64,000 nt of DNA. Source: the human T2T-CHM13v2.0 reference genome, Homo sapiens. Both the position numbers and the translations under genes were made by a program. The DNA lies in assembly GCF_009914755.1 (NCBI RefSeq), contig NC_060925.1. One strand, given 5' to 3'. This document shows, one piece after another, positions 30,570 through 44,820 of this stretch; the stretch's first letter is position 1, and the number at the start of each line of letters is the position of its first letter. The notes under the pieces were generated by a model. The model did no database searches. It was not told where the DNA came from and was given only the letters and a program-made list of their open reading frames with translations.

Positions 30570-33500
30570 TTCTGTATAATTCCAGTGAGGTTCCTCTCTA
30601 TTGCTCCATAAGCAGAATGGGGGAAATTGCCCAATCGTGGTCACAGACCCTCCATGCCACTGGCTGTGTGCAATTGGAGTCCCGGACCCAGCGACCAGCA
30701 AGACCCCTCCCCTCTCAGGGTGACCCTGGGCCTCCAGGTCACAGGTCTCCACTAAAAAGGCTGCCTCCCCTCAATCCTAGACCCCGAGTTTTCTTTTGTT
30801 CACGTCATTGGGCCATTGCCCTATGTCTCTTTGGAAGAAATGACCTATATGAAAAACTTTACTTCCAGGATTCCCTAATTCTTTCATCCCTTAGGACAGT
30901 GCAGTTTTTCATCTCCTGATCTTGGGTCCAGTACTAATGGCGCGTTTCATCTTGTTTTCATGGGATCCCCTCCAACCGGCTACCAGTGGATTCCTGTCCT
31001 TGGGGTCTCTGTGGATGACAACTAGATGCTGCTCTTGTCCCAAATCCTGACACCTCCCTCCAGGGAATTGCCTCCCTTCGCCTCCTAAATCAGCCAATAT
31101 TTAGATTTGAGCCTGGAATCCCAGCATCTGTGGAGAACGGAGGTTCCTGATCCCTGGCCAGCCTCCCGCAGTGAAGGGGAGAGGAGCAGAGCAGCTGGGA
31201 GGGGCAAGTCCAGGGCCCTGGGCAACCCCCTTCTTCCTGCCCAGACTCTGCTCCAAGGAGAAGTTGCCTTAGGACCAGATCAGATGGAAACTCTTGTTCT
31301 CTTCTCATCAGCAGAAAAATTTAGGCAAGAGCTCTGGAGGACCTTCCTAGCTCATAAAAATGCTGTGGTCAAGTCTCTCCAGTTTTGGAAGTGTCCAAGG
31401 TTACCAAGTGTTTTGAGGGCTCACTTTGGAGCCTCTGAAAAGGAGGGGTCAGGGCCCATGGAAGGTACCTGAGGGATTCAGGAGAGAGAGGGGAAAGAGC
31501 AGACAGGAGGGAGGAGAGAAGGAGGGAGGGGGAGAAAGGGTGTGTGAGGGCCAGGAGCCAGGATTCACCCTGACAGTTCAGTGACTGCTCCCTGGCCCCA
31601 AAGTTCCCACTGTGGCACCTTCCAGCAGGTGGTTTCCATCTCTTATTGATGTCCTGAGAACTTGGCTCTACAGAATGGTCCCACTCTATTTGTCTGGCAT
31701 GAGTCCTGCAAAGTTTCTTTTCATCGTTTGGGGGATGAGATGGGGGTATATAGGTTTGCAAGTGACTAGGAGCTAAGTCAGGACCTTGTGGAACCGCTCA
31801 GAGTTAACTGTCAAGTAGCCTCCTTTCCCCCTTCCCTAGCAGGATGATTGCCTGCAAGACAGGGCCTGGAGGCCAGGGCACCCAAGGCCACAGAAATGCC
31901 CAGGGATGAGTCCTGGCTGGAGATGCCTTGGCCGAGCTGACTGTGCACTTCCAGGGCTCACAGGGGTCTGGCCAGGAGACTGAGCAAGGGGACCAGGGAG
32001 GTTGTGCAGAGGCTTCTGCACAGCAAGGCAGACATTCTTCTTGGAGCCCCCAACCCAAATCAGGTCTTCCACCTCCTCTTCCTAAAGACCCTTTACTGCT
32101 GTCGTTCTTTTACTGAACTACAAGTTTAGAGGACATGGATTTCAGTGCCCTCATCTGGCCAACCATCTTCAGCTGCCAATGGGCAAGGTAACCTCCCTCC
32201 CTGCCAAGACCTGACTCAGGACCTTTCCTTAAGGAGATGTCCTGTTCTTTCTTTCCCACCAGAACTGCCCTGGCCCAGACCCCATTTCTGTCTGGTGACC
32301 AGGACAGTCCCCTCACCAGTCTCCCAGGTTGGGGAGGGCAGATTCTCCTCAGCTCCCTGCCCCTGAGAGACCCCAACCGTCTTGTGTGGCTCCGGCCCAC
32401 AGAGTGATATCCATGGCCCATATCTCTCAAAACTCTCCCCTCCCACTCTGAATCCACCCTCTACTGCATGCTCCCCTCACAGAACAGACTAATTTTTGTG
32501 TGTGTGTCCTTGTTTTGCCTACCTGTACCCCAGACAGACTTTTCTGTCTTAGAACTACCTGTCCCTCTTTGGACAGTGTCTTCCTGGTACTACACATGAA
32601 GATGTCCCGCTCTCCCCTGCTCAAGGAGAGAGTGCCTGACCTGAGCTGGGCCCATCAGATCCAGTACTTACCTGGAATACGAAAAAGATGGAGAGAGTGA
32701 CCAAAGATTACAAAAATCTCTGAAGCTTATCTACTTGAGAGAGAGTCCCTGAAGATACTGGCCTCTCATTCCTGCTATGTATATCCAATGTGACTGAACT
32801 CTGAATAAAATATACAAGTTATAACAATGTAGCAATTGACCCAGCAAACGAGGACACAAACGTGTTGGAGGGTAAGGTGGTGAGAGGCGTGTTTGGGGGT
32901 GGTGGTGATGAGCAAGTATGTGAAGGAGAGGTAGTGCCTAAACTTGAAAATCAAAAAGTAATAATATCTATTTAGACATAAGGAGATAAATAACGAAATA
33001 ATTGCTTCTATGTGATGAAACTCTGGGAGTACACAAGGGGACTGCTATTTTACTAAACAAATTTTCAAATATATATAACTTTGATAAAGTATCCAAATAA
33101 AATAATTCCTTTCCCATATAAGTATGTGTATATATGTATTCATTGTATTTTGAAGATAAATTTTTACACAGTCATGTTAATCGCTTTCATTTAAGGATTT
33201 GAGTTTGATGTCTTGCATACAATGTGATCCCACTGTATGACTACACAAATGTTGGCAAAAGTGAGTTCAGAGGAAATGGTAGGCAAGTACTTCCCAGTTT
33301 TGGCCAGAAGATGGAGAAAAAAGAATTCTCAAAAAATGTTAAAGGTATGACCTGTTATATCTTCTTTTCACAGTAATTTAGACAGAAATTAGCAAAATCA
33401 AACATGTATAAATACTTTGGTCTGACAATTCCATCTCCAGGTGTCTACAGAGAAATAGACAAGTGATGCACGACAGATACATGTGTCAGTCTGGTCCCTG

Positions 33501-34800
33501 CAGTTGTATTTGTAATAATACACATTGGAGCAATTTCATGGCCATCGGTTAGAGAATGTTTGAGGAATGATCCATTCATATCAAGAAGGACATTTCAAAG
33601 ATCAAAACCTGATGGAAATGCTGGAGACCATGGCGCTGATAGGAGCTCATGCGTGTGGACCAATTACTACGTGACAGGCATTGGCTCCATGCTTTTCCTG
33701 CACTGCTCATTTAAACACTGGACAACCTAAGTGTTCTGATTTATCCCATTGGACAGATAGAAATGGAGGCACAGAAGATTAATGTGTTTAACTTCAAACC
33801 CTGGCAGATTAGGTTTTTCATCCAGAGCCTGTGGCTTCACCATAGCTGTGATTCACGTTCTGTCATTCTCCACTTTAGGAATTTCCAGTATTCCAAATAT
33901 GAGAAGCTGAGAAAACAAACAACAAACTCAAAACCCTAAAAACCGGATACGTAAGGGTAGATGTTTGTTGGGTGTGGATTAAAAATGGACTTTTTTTGCC
34001 CCAAGCAACAAAGAGGCACCTTAGAAAATAGACAAGAGACAAGAAGAAGAGAAGCTTTAAGAGATATTTGGTCCAAGGAAGAGACTCTTCAGATGGAAGG
34101 TCACGTCAGCTAGAAACATTAATATGACTGGATGGGCTCAAACCACTGACTTTTCAGTCAACATCTGACAGCACTAACCCAGTGTTCCAGAGACACTGCT
34201 TGTTAAACAGTGAATGCTGTTGCTCAATTGTGTCATCCGTAATTGTCAAATATTGGCATTTAGTAGCACAAGGAAGTATTCTCCGTTGCCAAGCTAGAGC
34301 ACCCATAACTCTTCTGTTTTGTTGAACATTGTTCCCCACCACAAACCCTCTTTAGAAGACTGGGGGCTCCTAAAGCATTGAGGCCGAGAGTCCCGTCCTT
34401 GTGCATGTTTGGGCATTGACCCAGGGCCAAGTCAGTGGGAGACTCCTCCACGCCTACGCCAGGTCCCCAGGTGACAACTGCAGTCTCTGGATCTGAAGTC
34501 ATCCACTTTCCCATTCCTAGCTCACCTCACCCATCGTGAAGCCTGGTTAGTATTGCCAGAGACCCGAGTGGGCAGATGCCCACACCAAAGACAGAACCTG
34601 CTGCGTGCCCACCTTGCTGATCCCTCCCTCCTTCTAGACAAAGGCTTCATAAGCCAGGGACCTTGGGTTTGCTCACAAGGCAGCCCCTCACCTAGTAGGC
34701 ATTAGTTCATTATGTATATGTATATGTAGTCCTCAGGTTGTATTCCTTAAATATATATAGTTTAAGGATATGTATTATATATATATAAATATATATGTAA

Positions 34801-35034
<234 letters not shown>

Positions 35035-37911
35035 TAGCCAGGATGGTCTCGATCTTCTGACCTCATGATCCACCCACCTCGGCCTCCCAAAGTGCTAGGA
35101 TTACAGGCGTGGACCACCGCGCCTGGCCAAAACAAAGTTTTTAAAAGATTCCTTTAATAAACATTTACAATAACATCAAGAAATATAAACGACATAGCAA
35201 ATATGTGAAAGCCAGCCAGACTCTCAATGGCATCCAGAAACATAAACTACATAGAAAAGACATGAAAGCCAGCCAGGCTTGGCTTCGAATCCCAGCACTT
35301 TGGAAGGCTGTGGCAGGAGGGTTGCTTGATCTCAGAAGCTTGAAACTAGCCTAGGCAACATAGTGAGCCCTCATCTCTACTGAAAATCAGAAAAATTACC
35401 CGGGTTTGGTGGTGTGAGCCTGTAGTCCCAGGAATCAGTGGATGAGGCCCTAGGATGTCATAGGCCTGAGAATTCCATGCTGCAGTGAGCTGTGATTGTG
35501 CCACTGTACTCCAGCCTGGGTGAAAGAGTGAGATCCTGTGCAGAAACAAAAGAAGAAAAAAAGAGATATGAAAGCCTATATATTGAAGACTACCAAGTAC
35601 TGCTTAGAGCAGTTAAAGACCTTTGGAATAGAAAATGTTTCTTCTTGCATTTCAAGATTGCTTTTGTTTTGGGGGGACACACTATTTTTTAGGAATATGA
35701 AGTTCTTCTTAGGCATTCCTGTAAAAAAGGCCACTTCTTGATAGGATTGTATTGAATCTGTGGGTTGCTTTGAGTTGTATTTTTATCTTAACCATGTTAC
35801 AACTTCCAACCCATGGACACAAGATGTCTGTCCATTGATTTAGGTCTTCCTGAATCTCCTCGAGCAATGTTCTGTAGTTGTCTGTGTACAAGTACGGCAC
35901 CTTCTTGAACAAATTTATTCCCAGGCATATTATTCTTACAAGTGCTATTATAAATGAAATCATTGTGTCAATTTTCTTCTCAGATTGTTCATTGCTAACA
36001 CAACTGATTGTTTACTGAAAGTTTGCTGAATTCACTTATTAACTCTAGTAGTGTGTGTATGTGAGTGTGTGTGTGTGTGTGTGTGTGTCTGGCCTCTGTG
36101 TGCATGTATGTGTGTTTGCATCTGTAGGTATTATTTGGGATTTTCTATGCATAGGATCACACCATCTGCAAATTGAGATCATTTTGTTTTCTGTTCAAAA
36201 ATACTTTTTCTCATGTTTATTTTTAAAAGATAATTTGGCCAGGTGTAGAATTGTAGGTGACAGTTTTTCTTTTTTTAAGTTCTTTATTGCAAACTTCTTG
36301 TTTGTATGTGAAATCTTATGCCATCCTTATATTTAGTGCTCTGTATGTAACATGTTCTTTCCCTTTTTATTCCTTTTAGGATTTCCTTTTTATCACTGGT
36401 TTTGATGGATTTGATTAAGGCGTTCCTTGGTGAAGTTTTCTTCATGTTTCTTGTTCTTAGAATAATCATATTTCTGTAATATTTGAAGTTTATGGTTTCC
36501 ATGGAGCTTCTAAATCTTTCATCCAGTATGTTTTAAATATCTTTGTCTCTCTTCTCCACTACACGCCCTTCAGGGATTCCATTTAGCCCTATACTGGGGC
36601 GTTTAAAGTTTTGATGCCGATGGTGTTTTTATGTTTTCAAGTCATTTGTTACTGTGTGTTTCATTTATGTTAGTTTCAACTTCTATTCCTTCTAGTTCAA
36701 TAATCTTCTCTTCTGCAATGTTTAATCCACTGCCTTCTTCCATTTCAGACTGTAAATCATACTTTTTATCTACAGAATTTGATATTTAAAAAATCTTCAA
36801 CCTCCCCATTTAATTAAAATACAATTATACTAACTGCTGTAATGTCCTTTTCTTCTATTTCCAACATGTCTGTCAATTTCAACTAGATTATTAGATTCTT
36901 CATTATGTGTCATGTTTTCCTGCTTCTTTGGCTGCTTGATATTCTTTTATTTTTATTTATTTTTTTTGCGGGGGGATAGAGTTTTGCTCTCGTTGCCCAG
37001 GCTGGAGTGCAATGGTGTGATCTCAGCTCACTGCAACCTCCACCTCCCAGGTACACAAGCGATTCTCCTGTCTCAGCCTCCCAAGTAGCTCAGATTACAG
37101 GCATGCACCATCATGCCTGGCTAATTTTTTTGTATTTAGTAGAGATGGGGTTTCACCATGTTAGTCAGGCTGGTCGTGAACTCCTGACCTCAGGTGATCC
37201 ATCTGGCTGCTTGATATTCTAAGATTTGATGCTGGAACTTTGGTGTCAATGCTCAAAATGCCCAAAGACACCACTCAACCTCAGTGTCTATGCACACCCA
37301 AGCTTTTGCAGCAGGACAGGTAGAGCAGAGATGAATGTGCTACAACATGCTGGTAGAGGGTACCACCAATTGTGCTTGGGGATTTCCTATTCCTCATGGA
37401 AAAATGTGTCTTCCTTAATTTTTCCCATAAGAACCACCCTACTTCATGCCCTGTCTCTCTGTCCAAACACCAGGACAGTCCTCTCACCAGTCTCAACCAC
37501 CCAATGGATTGACAAAGGTGCAAATATGATTCAGTGGAGAAGGCATTCTCTTGTCAACAAATTGTTTAGAAACAACTTTTTTTTACACAATTTGTTTTTT
37601 TTTATCCCCAAAGGAAAAAAATTCACCTGAACCTCAATACTAACTCAAAAACTAACTCAAAATGGATTATGCAACTAAATATAAACTATAAAACTAGAAA
37701 AAGTATAGCAGAAAATATAAGACAAAATCTTCATGACACAGAGTTAGGCAAAGTGTTCTTTATTATCAATAAACACAAACCATTAAAGAAAACATTGATA
37801 AATTCGACTTTATAAAAATTAAAAGTTTTTGCTCAACAGTATTAAGAGAACAAATATAAGCTGCAGTTTGGGAGAAAAACAGTGGAAATCACCAATATGA
37901 CAAAGGGCATG

Positions 37912-38230
37912 TGTGATAGTTACTTGTACTTGTCACTGTGACCGAGCACCAGGGTGCCAGGACATTTGGCCAAACATGATTCTGGTTGTGTTCCAGAGAG
38001 TCTTTCAGATACGATTAACATTGGGATGGGCAGACTAAGTGAAGCAGATTGCCCTCCTTAATAGGGGTGGGCCTCATGCAATCAATCAAGGGCCAGGAGA
38101 GAATTAAGAGGCCTAATGGGAAACAAATGCTTTCCTGGGTATCCAGCTTTCCTTCCATCTTGGGAATTTCAGCCTCCATAATCTCAGAAGCAAATTCATG
38201 TATATATATATACACACATATACATTTCAT
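37912..38230 (+). mobile_element. MLT2-like (ERVL) LTR remnant
   Basis: TGTGATAGTTA...AAGCAGATTGCCCTCC..GGTGGGCCTCATGCAATCAATCAAGGGCC, followed by a TA/CA tract. Confidence 0.65.
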
Positions 38231-39579
38231 AGGTATGTGGCTAAGATTGTATTTTTACAAGTTCAGCCATGAGATTGGTGAAGCCAGCCAATGAATAAGG
38301 GTGTGTTCTATTATACGATTCAGTCTTCTTTTGTAAACGATTGAAGTTCTGCATTTGAAGTAGGAGGATAGGAGGGAGCAAGTCCACCTAGGATGATAAC
38401 AGCTGAATTTCTCAACATACACTTCAGAGCTGTAGGGGTCAACTTAGAGACTCAAAAATCTCACCCATAATCCTGCCCTAAACACCAGGGCTAGGGAACA
38501 CTGTGGCCCTCAGGTGATTTTCTTTAGCCAGGTCTGGGAGCCACACGACGGCAGAGGGAGCAGGAAACACTATGCAAATAGAGGCCAGGACAGCAGGGAG
38601 GGCCTGTTCATGATAGAACCCAGGCAAAACTCTCCTCAGAAAGCGAGTGTGGAGAAACATAGATCATGCCTGAGACCTGGTGGATTAGAGCACTGGCTAC
38701 TGGGGAATTGAAAGGAAGGGGCTTCACCGTGCAGAGGACCAGAGGTGCCAATCTTGGAAATGCAGAATTGCTGGGAGATGGGGAGGCACGGACCATGGAA
38801 GTATCCTCTGGAGACTCATGGTGAAGAGAACAAATGAATGAAGTAACTGGCAGAAATTAGAGGTCCTGGTAGAACAAAATAGAATCCCACAATGAGAACA
38901 TACACCATGTATGTCCCCCAAGGAAGACAATATCTCCTAAAAACTCCAGAAAAATCATTTTGGGCAAGCACCTTATATCTAGTAATGCGATCCATGTATC
39001 GAGACCGTGAGAAAAGATTATTAAACATGCTAAACTCAGCGAGACCTGATTCCCTCATGAGGACTCTGTTAAGGATGAGTACCACTCAGCAAGTGACGAC
39101 TGTGACATTCACTTTTGAATAGCTCATGAGCGTTAATATATTTCAATGTGGATCTAAACCAAAAACCAAGGTAGGGGCAAGATGATAATCACAGAATGTC
39201 ACCGGTATATGTTTAGGTTCAAATACTATTATGAGAAGTGGCAGGTAAAGGAGGTAGGAAAAAGAAAACACATCATGTAATTGACTGTTGTATGGAAATA
39301 TTTGATGCTGAAAGTTATAATTTAAAACTATAAACCAAATATTAGAAGTGTGTCTAGTCCAAAGGGAGGAAAACCATCAAAAACATTTTTAGTGCAATAT
39401 TTAACATGAGCTATACAACCCTTCCTAAATGCCAAAGGCACACACAGACACACACACAGACACACACACACACACACTCACACTCACGAAGAATACAAAT
39501 GACTAGAACCAAGAAATGTAAATACATTCTGCTACATATGGTAAACATAGCCTACAATGTGGAAGAGATTAGAAAATAA

Positions 39580-41201
39580 ACATGGAAATGAAATGTTTTT
39601 ATTAATTCGCATCAGTACCCACCAAAACCAATCACCATAATCAAATATTATAACACTGAATGTAAAAAACAATCCAAAAGTCCAGAGTGATAGGCAAAAG
39701 GTTTTAATTGTATAGATTAAAATTAACTTTGGACAAAAATTAAAACTCAGGCAGAGAATGTCTTCTTTTTGCAACAGCAGACACTAGTAAAAACAAAGGC
39801 ACAGTAAAAATTGAGACCCCAAATTTGCAGTGTAGAGATATGAATATAATAATAGACACAGGCAGGGAGGATTAATAAATGATAAAATGTTTAGAGGATG
39901 ATCATTAGAATACAGGATATTTATACTCTTGAAAACCACTTTCCCAAGTACTTCATTGTAAGTAAGGTGTCTCTAAAAGGGACAGATCTCCTAGACCCCT
40001 CCTTAACCAAGTAACCAGTCCTGATATCATAATGGTGATGGACAAACTAGACCTTCTCTGCCCGCAGATGGGCTGAGGTTGGAAACTCACAGCATTGTCT
40101 CTGCAGTGTTCCTGGCAAAACGTTTAGGCTGAATTTAATCATGAAGACATTTTCAGACAACTTCAGAATGTAGATCATTGACCAGACAGCTGACCTGTCT
40201 TCTATAAACAAGTCCATGTCACCACCATCCATGACAACAACAAAAAGATGAGGAAATATTTGGGGTTCAAAATAACTAAAGAAATGCAGCTACATTATCT
40301 TTTTACTTTTTTTGAACCCAAAATATCTCTTCTCCTTTTTGTTGTGTGATTTGTGGTGATATGGACTATGTGAAGGAGACAGGTCAGTTGTCCTGCTCAG
40401 TGTTCTACATTCTGCAGTTGTCTGGTGATTACCTCCTATGAAACTCAGGCTAAGCGTTTTCTGCAAGAACATGGCATTGTTCATATTCTGCACCGGCAGA
40501 GTCCTGGGTGACATGCTGTCTCCTGCCAGCGGCTCCTGACTCCTGTTCTCTACAGGATGGAATTGAGAGGAGCAGGGCTAAGGCCTCCCAATGCTGTTTG
40601 TCCATCTAGCTGTGGTCTTCCTAAGTACTGACACCAATTGGAGGCTGAAGGACTGTGGCTTCTCTAACCAAAGGAGTCTAGCGGGTTAACAATTGTCAAG
40701 AGCAGTTGGTGGTTCTGAAATACAATCCTCAGCCAAGGATCCCTCCTGTGTTACAGATGGATCAGCTAAAACAAGCCAACACTGAAGACACAAAGAATGA
40801 GGTTAGGTTCATTGAAACCAGGGTAACACCTTTGGATGAGCTAAACACAAAGATGACAATGACCTTGAGCAGGTATAGAAGCTCAGAGACATGCCTGCAA
40901 AATGAAATCCCTGAGGAATTTTGCAGCTACCCAGAGATACGTGGTTCAAATTAAAATGTCTGACTGATCACTCCCGGCATGTGCTGCACAGTTATGTGAA
41001 CGTGTCACACCTAACGTGGGTCCATTGTCTTCAGACTGCGCACAGGTTGCCACTGGCATGGTTTGAGAATAGGAATAGAGCCATGCCCACTGACCCATCC
41101 TATGTCTGGGCTTCCAAATGGAACTGTACTTTCATTCAAATCTTCACTTGCCTATAGGTCCTGCCTGCAGGAATGACATCTCTCGGATTACTAAGGGCTG
41201 C
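39580..41201 (-). other. NBPF10: NBPF 3'UTR
   Basis: Lies between the stop codon (41202-41204) and the poly-A signal; its first ~130 nt are homologous to the introns that follow HLS large exons. Confidence 0.65.
39598..39603 (-). terminator. Candidate NBPF polyadenylation signal AATAAA
   Basis: TTTATT on the plus strand; T-rich and then (TG)n sequence lies downstream on the minus strand; 1.6 kb after the stop codon. Confidence 0.65.
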
Positions 41202-41641
41202 TTATTGTGGGAATATGACTCCCATCTGGAACACCAGGTGGAGACTTGTCACCGTCAAAGTAAAAAACCTATTGTCCACGTAAAGGGCGAAGCTGATGTG
41301 CTGTTCCTCAAATGAGTAAAACACACTTCTGTAGTGCTGGAATGAGTCAGGTAGTTCAAAGTACATTGACGGAGTCGAATAACATCTATCCAGTGAGTCC
41401 TGTAAGACTTCACGCTCTTCCACTGCCATCAGCACGCCGTTGAGCCTGGAAAAGGAGACAAAACTAAAGAAGCAGCCAGGGAAAATCAGACACCACAGAG
41501 CCCCAGCTAGATTTCAGAAGCAACATAAGGAAGTGGTTAGAAAAGAAAAAGGATAGAACCATTAATGAGGTAAAAAAAAAATTTATTGCCTTTATGTTGG
41601 GATAGAACAGGGCCAGGTAGAAAACAATGAAAGAGAAAGAC

Positions 41642-41672
<31 letters not shown>

Positions 41673-42172
41673 CAGAGAGAAAGTGACCTAGTGAATTGGC
41701 CAGGTGACATACTGGTAAGGGAGTCAAAGGACACTCTGACTTAGTGCCCTCATGACACACAGCAAACAGTGATCATGAAAAGAGTGAGCTCAATAGTTTT
41801 CCATAAAATATGCTCAAAATTCGATGCAGTGGCCATGAGAGTACAGCTTTTGAAGTATGGTCAACCTATGGTACGTTAGGAAATGATAAGGGGAGGAAGA
41901 AATGGAAACCTAAACATCTACTGCAATGAAAACCAACAGCAATGACAGTAGGAGTAATTCAGCCTTCGTTGAAAACATGTCATCAAACACACTCTGGTTT
42001 CCCTGAATCTGTTGCCTCCAGGTGTTAACACAGAATTAAGCATCCACAATTGCTGAAAGTCACCTGGGGCATGGTGGGTTTTGATCTTCTTCCCCTTCTT
42101 TTCTTCCCCTTCTTCTTTCCTTCTTTGATCTTCTTCCCCTTCTTTTTTTCCCCTTCCCCTTCTTTTCAATTT
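41202..42172 (-). CDS. NBPF10: Terminal Olduvai domain CON3
   Basis: Exons 42064-42172 (109 nt, [36 protein letters not shown]) and 41202-41445 ([13 protein letters not shown]...GVIFPQ*). Confidence 0.92.
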
Positions 42173-44789
42173 CTGCAATAAATTCAGACATGGACAGACA
42201 CATTAAGCTGATTCCCCTACACACATAAAAATCCACTGTCTAATCCTCACACAGGGACCTCAGGCTCCTCAGCATAAGAATAGGACACTGTGAGAGATAT
42301 ATTTCAGGAGGCCTGAAGGCTGGTCATGATAGAAATTCCTCGGTTTTTCTCCCAGAAACTGTGGGTAAAATGTCCCTATTCTAGTAGATCGTTATCCCAA
42401 TATCATTTGTCCCAAGTTTGTGCAAACAGTTACGCCATATTTTTCCAATCAACGTAAAGCAAATACCCTCAATGATTTCTAGGAGAAAAACTGCAATATT
42501 TAGCCCTGTCTCATCAAATACTCAGATTGTTCATGGTAGTGAGGACTCCAGACACTGAAATTAGAGTGAAAAAGGAAATCTACAAACCCTTGAGTCAAAA
42601 TCACAGTTCTCTGAATTTGTCACATCTGCCCAGGTCCAATGTCATGAGAATAGGATGAGGGCGCCACAGGTATGGCCTGAGACTAGGAAGAGAGTCTTGC
42701 TCACTGAACCATTTCATGTCTAGGCTTCCAGCTGAGACTACAGTTTCATTACAACCTATATGCGCCCATAGGTCCTGCCTGCGGCAATGACGTCTCTCGG
42801 GTCAGTAAGGGCCACTTGGAATAGGAATATCACCCCTATCTGGAAGACCAGGTGGAGGCTTATCACCTTCACAGTAAGGTACTCACTGTCCACGTCAAGA
42901 GCCAAGCCAAGGTACTGTTCCTCCAATGAGTAAACAGCACTGCTGTAGGGCTGGCCTAAGTCAGGCAGTTCAAGATAACCTGAAGGAGTCGAATAACATC
43001 TATCCAGTGAGTCCTGCAAGACTTCAGGCTCTTTCTCATCCAGCAGCTCCCTGCTGAGCCTGGAAAAGTAGGAAAAAGTAAAGAATAAGCCAGGGGGAAT
43101 CAGAAACCACACAGCCCCAGCTAGATTTCATGGCTAACATAAGGAACTGTTTAAAAAGAAAAAGGACAGATCCATTAATGAGGTAACGAACTATTGCCTT
43201 TATGTTGGGATAGACCAGGGCCAGGTAGAAAAGAATGAAAGAGAAAGACAGGGAGAGGGAGAGAGAGAGAGAGGAGAAAGTGAGATCAGCGAATTGGCCG
43301 GGTGACACACTGATGAAGGGGTCAAAGGACACTCTGAGTTAGTGCCCTCGGGACACACAGCGAACAGTGATCATGAAAAGAGGGGGCTCAATAATTTTCC
43401 ATAAACTTGCTCAAGATTCCATGCAGTTGCCATACAGCCTTTGAGGTATGGTCAACCTACAGTAAGTCAGTAAATGATAAGGGGAGGAAGAAATGGAAAC
43501 CTAAACATCTACTGCAATGAAAACCAACAGCAATGTCAGTAGGAGTAATTCAACCTTCGTTGAAAACATGAAATTGAACACACTCTTGTTTTCCCTGGAC
43601 CTGGCATCTCCAGGTGTCAACACAGAATTAAGCATCCATAATTGCTCAAAGTTACCTGGGGCATGATGGGTCTTGGTCTTCTTCCACTTCTTGGTACTTT
43701 TCAATTTCTGCAATAAGTTCAGACATGGACAGACATATTAAGCTGGTTCTCCTACACACATAACAATCCACTGTCTAATCCTCACACAGGGACTTCAGGC
43801 TCCTCAGCATGAGAATAGGACACTGTGAGAGATATTCTTCAGGAGGCCTGAAGGCTGATCACCATAGAGATTCCTTGGTTTTTGTCCCAGAAACTGTGGG
43901 TAAAATTCCCTATTCTGGTAGACCGTTATCCCAATATCATTTGTCCCAAGTTTGTGCAAATGGTTATGCCATATTTTTCCAATCGATTTAAAGCAAATGC
44001 CCCCAAATGGTTGCTAGGAGAAAAACTGCACTATTCAGCCCTGTCTCATCAAATACTCAGATTGTTCACGGTAGCGAGGATTTTAGACGCTGAAATTAGA
44101 GTGAAGGATGAAATCTACAAGATCTACAAAATTGAGACAAAATCAGAGTTGTGTGAATTTGTCACATCTGCCCAGATCCAACATCTTGAGAGTAGGATTA
44201 GGGCGCCACAGGCATGGCCTGAGACTAGGAAGAGAGCCTTGCTCACTGACCCATCCCTTGTCTGGGCTTCCAAGTGGAACTAGAGTTTCATTCAACCTAC
44301 ATGTGCCTATAGGTCCTCCCTGTGGCAATGACATCTCTCAGCTCAGTAAGGGCCACTTGCAGTAGGAATATGACCCTAAACAGAAGACTCAGTGGATCCT
44401 TATCACCTTCATAGAAAGGTACTCACCATCCATGTCAACAGCCAAGCCAACATGCTGTTGCTCCAATACATAAAAGGCACTTCTGTAGGGCTGGCATGAG
44501 TCACACAGTTCAAGACAACCTGAAGGAGTTGAATAACATCTATCCAGTGAGTCCTGCAAGACTTCAGGCCCTTTCTCATCCAGCAGCTCCCTGCTGAGCC
44601 TGGAAAAGTGGGAAAAAGTAAAGAACAAGCCAGGGGGAATCAGAAACCACACAGCCCCAGCTAGATTTCATGGCTAACGTAAGGAAGAGTTTGAAAAGAA
44701 AAAGGACAGATCCATTAATGAGGTAACAAATTATTGCCTTTATGTTGGGATAGAACAGGGCCAGGTAGAAAACAATGAAAGAAAAAGAC

Positions 44790-44820
<31 letters not shown>

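Noticed and set aside
32665-32675. TACTTACCTGG as a second U1 fragment
   Set aside because: The match stops after 11 nt; better read as a minus-strand splice donor.
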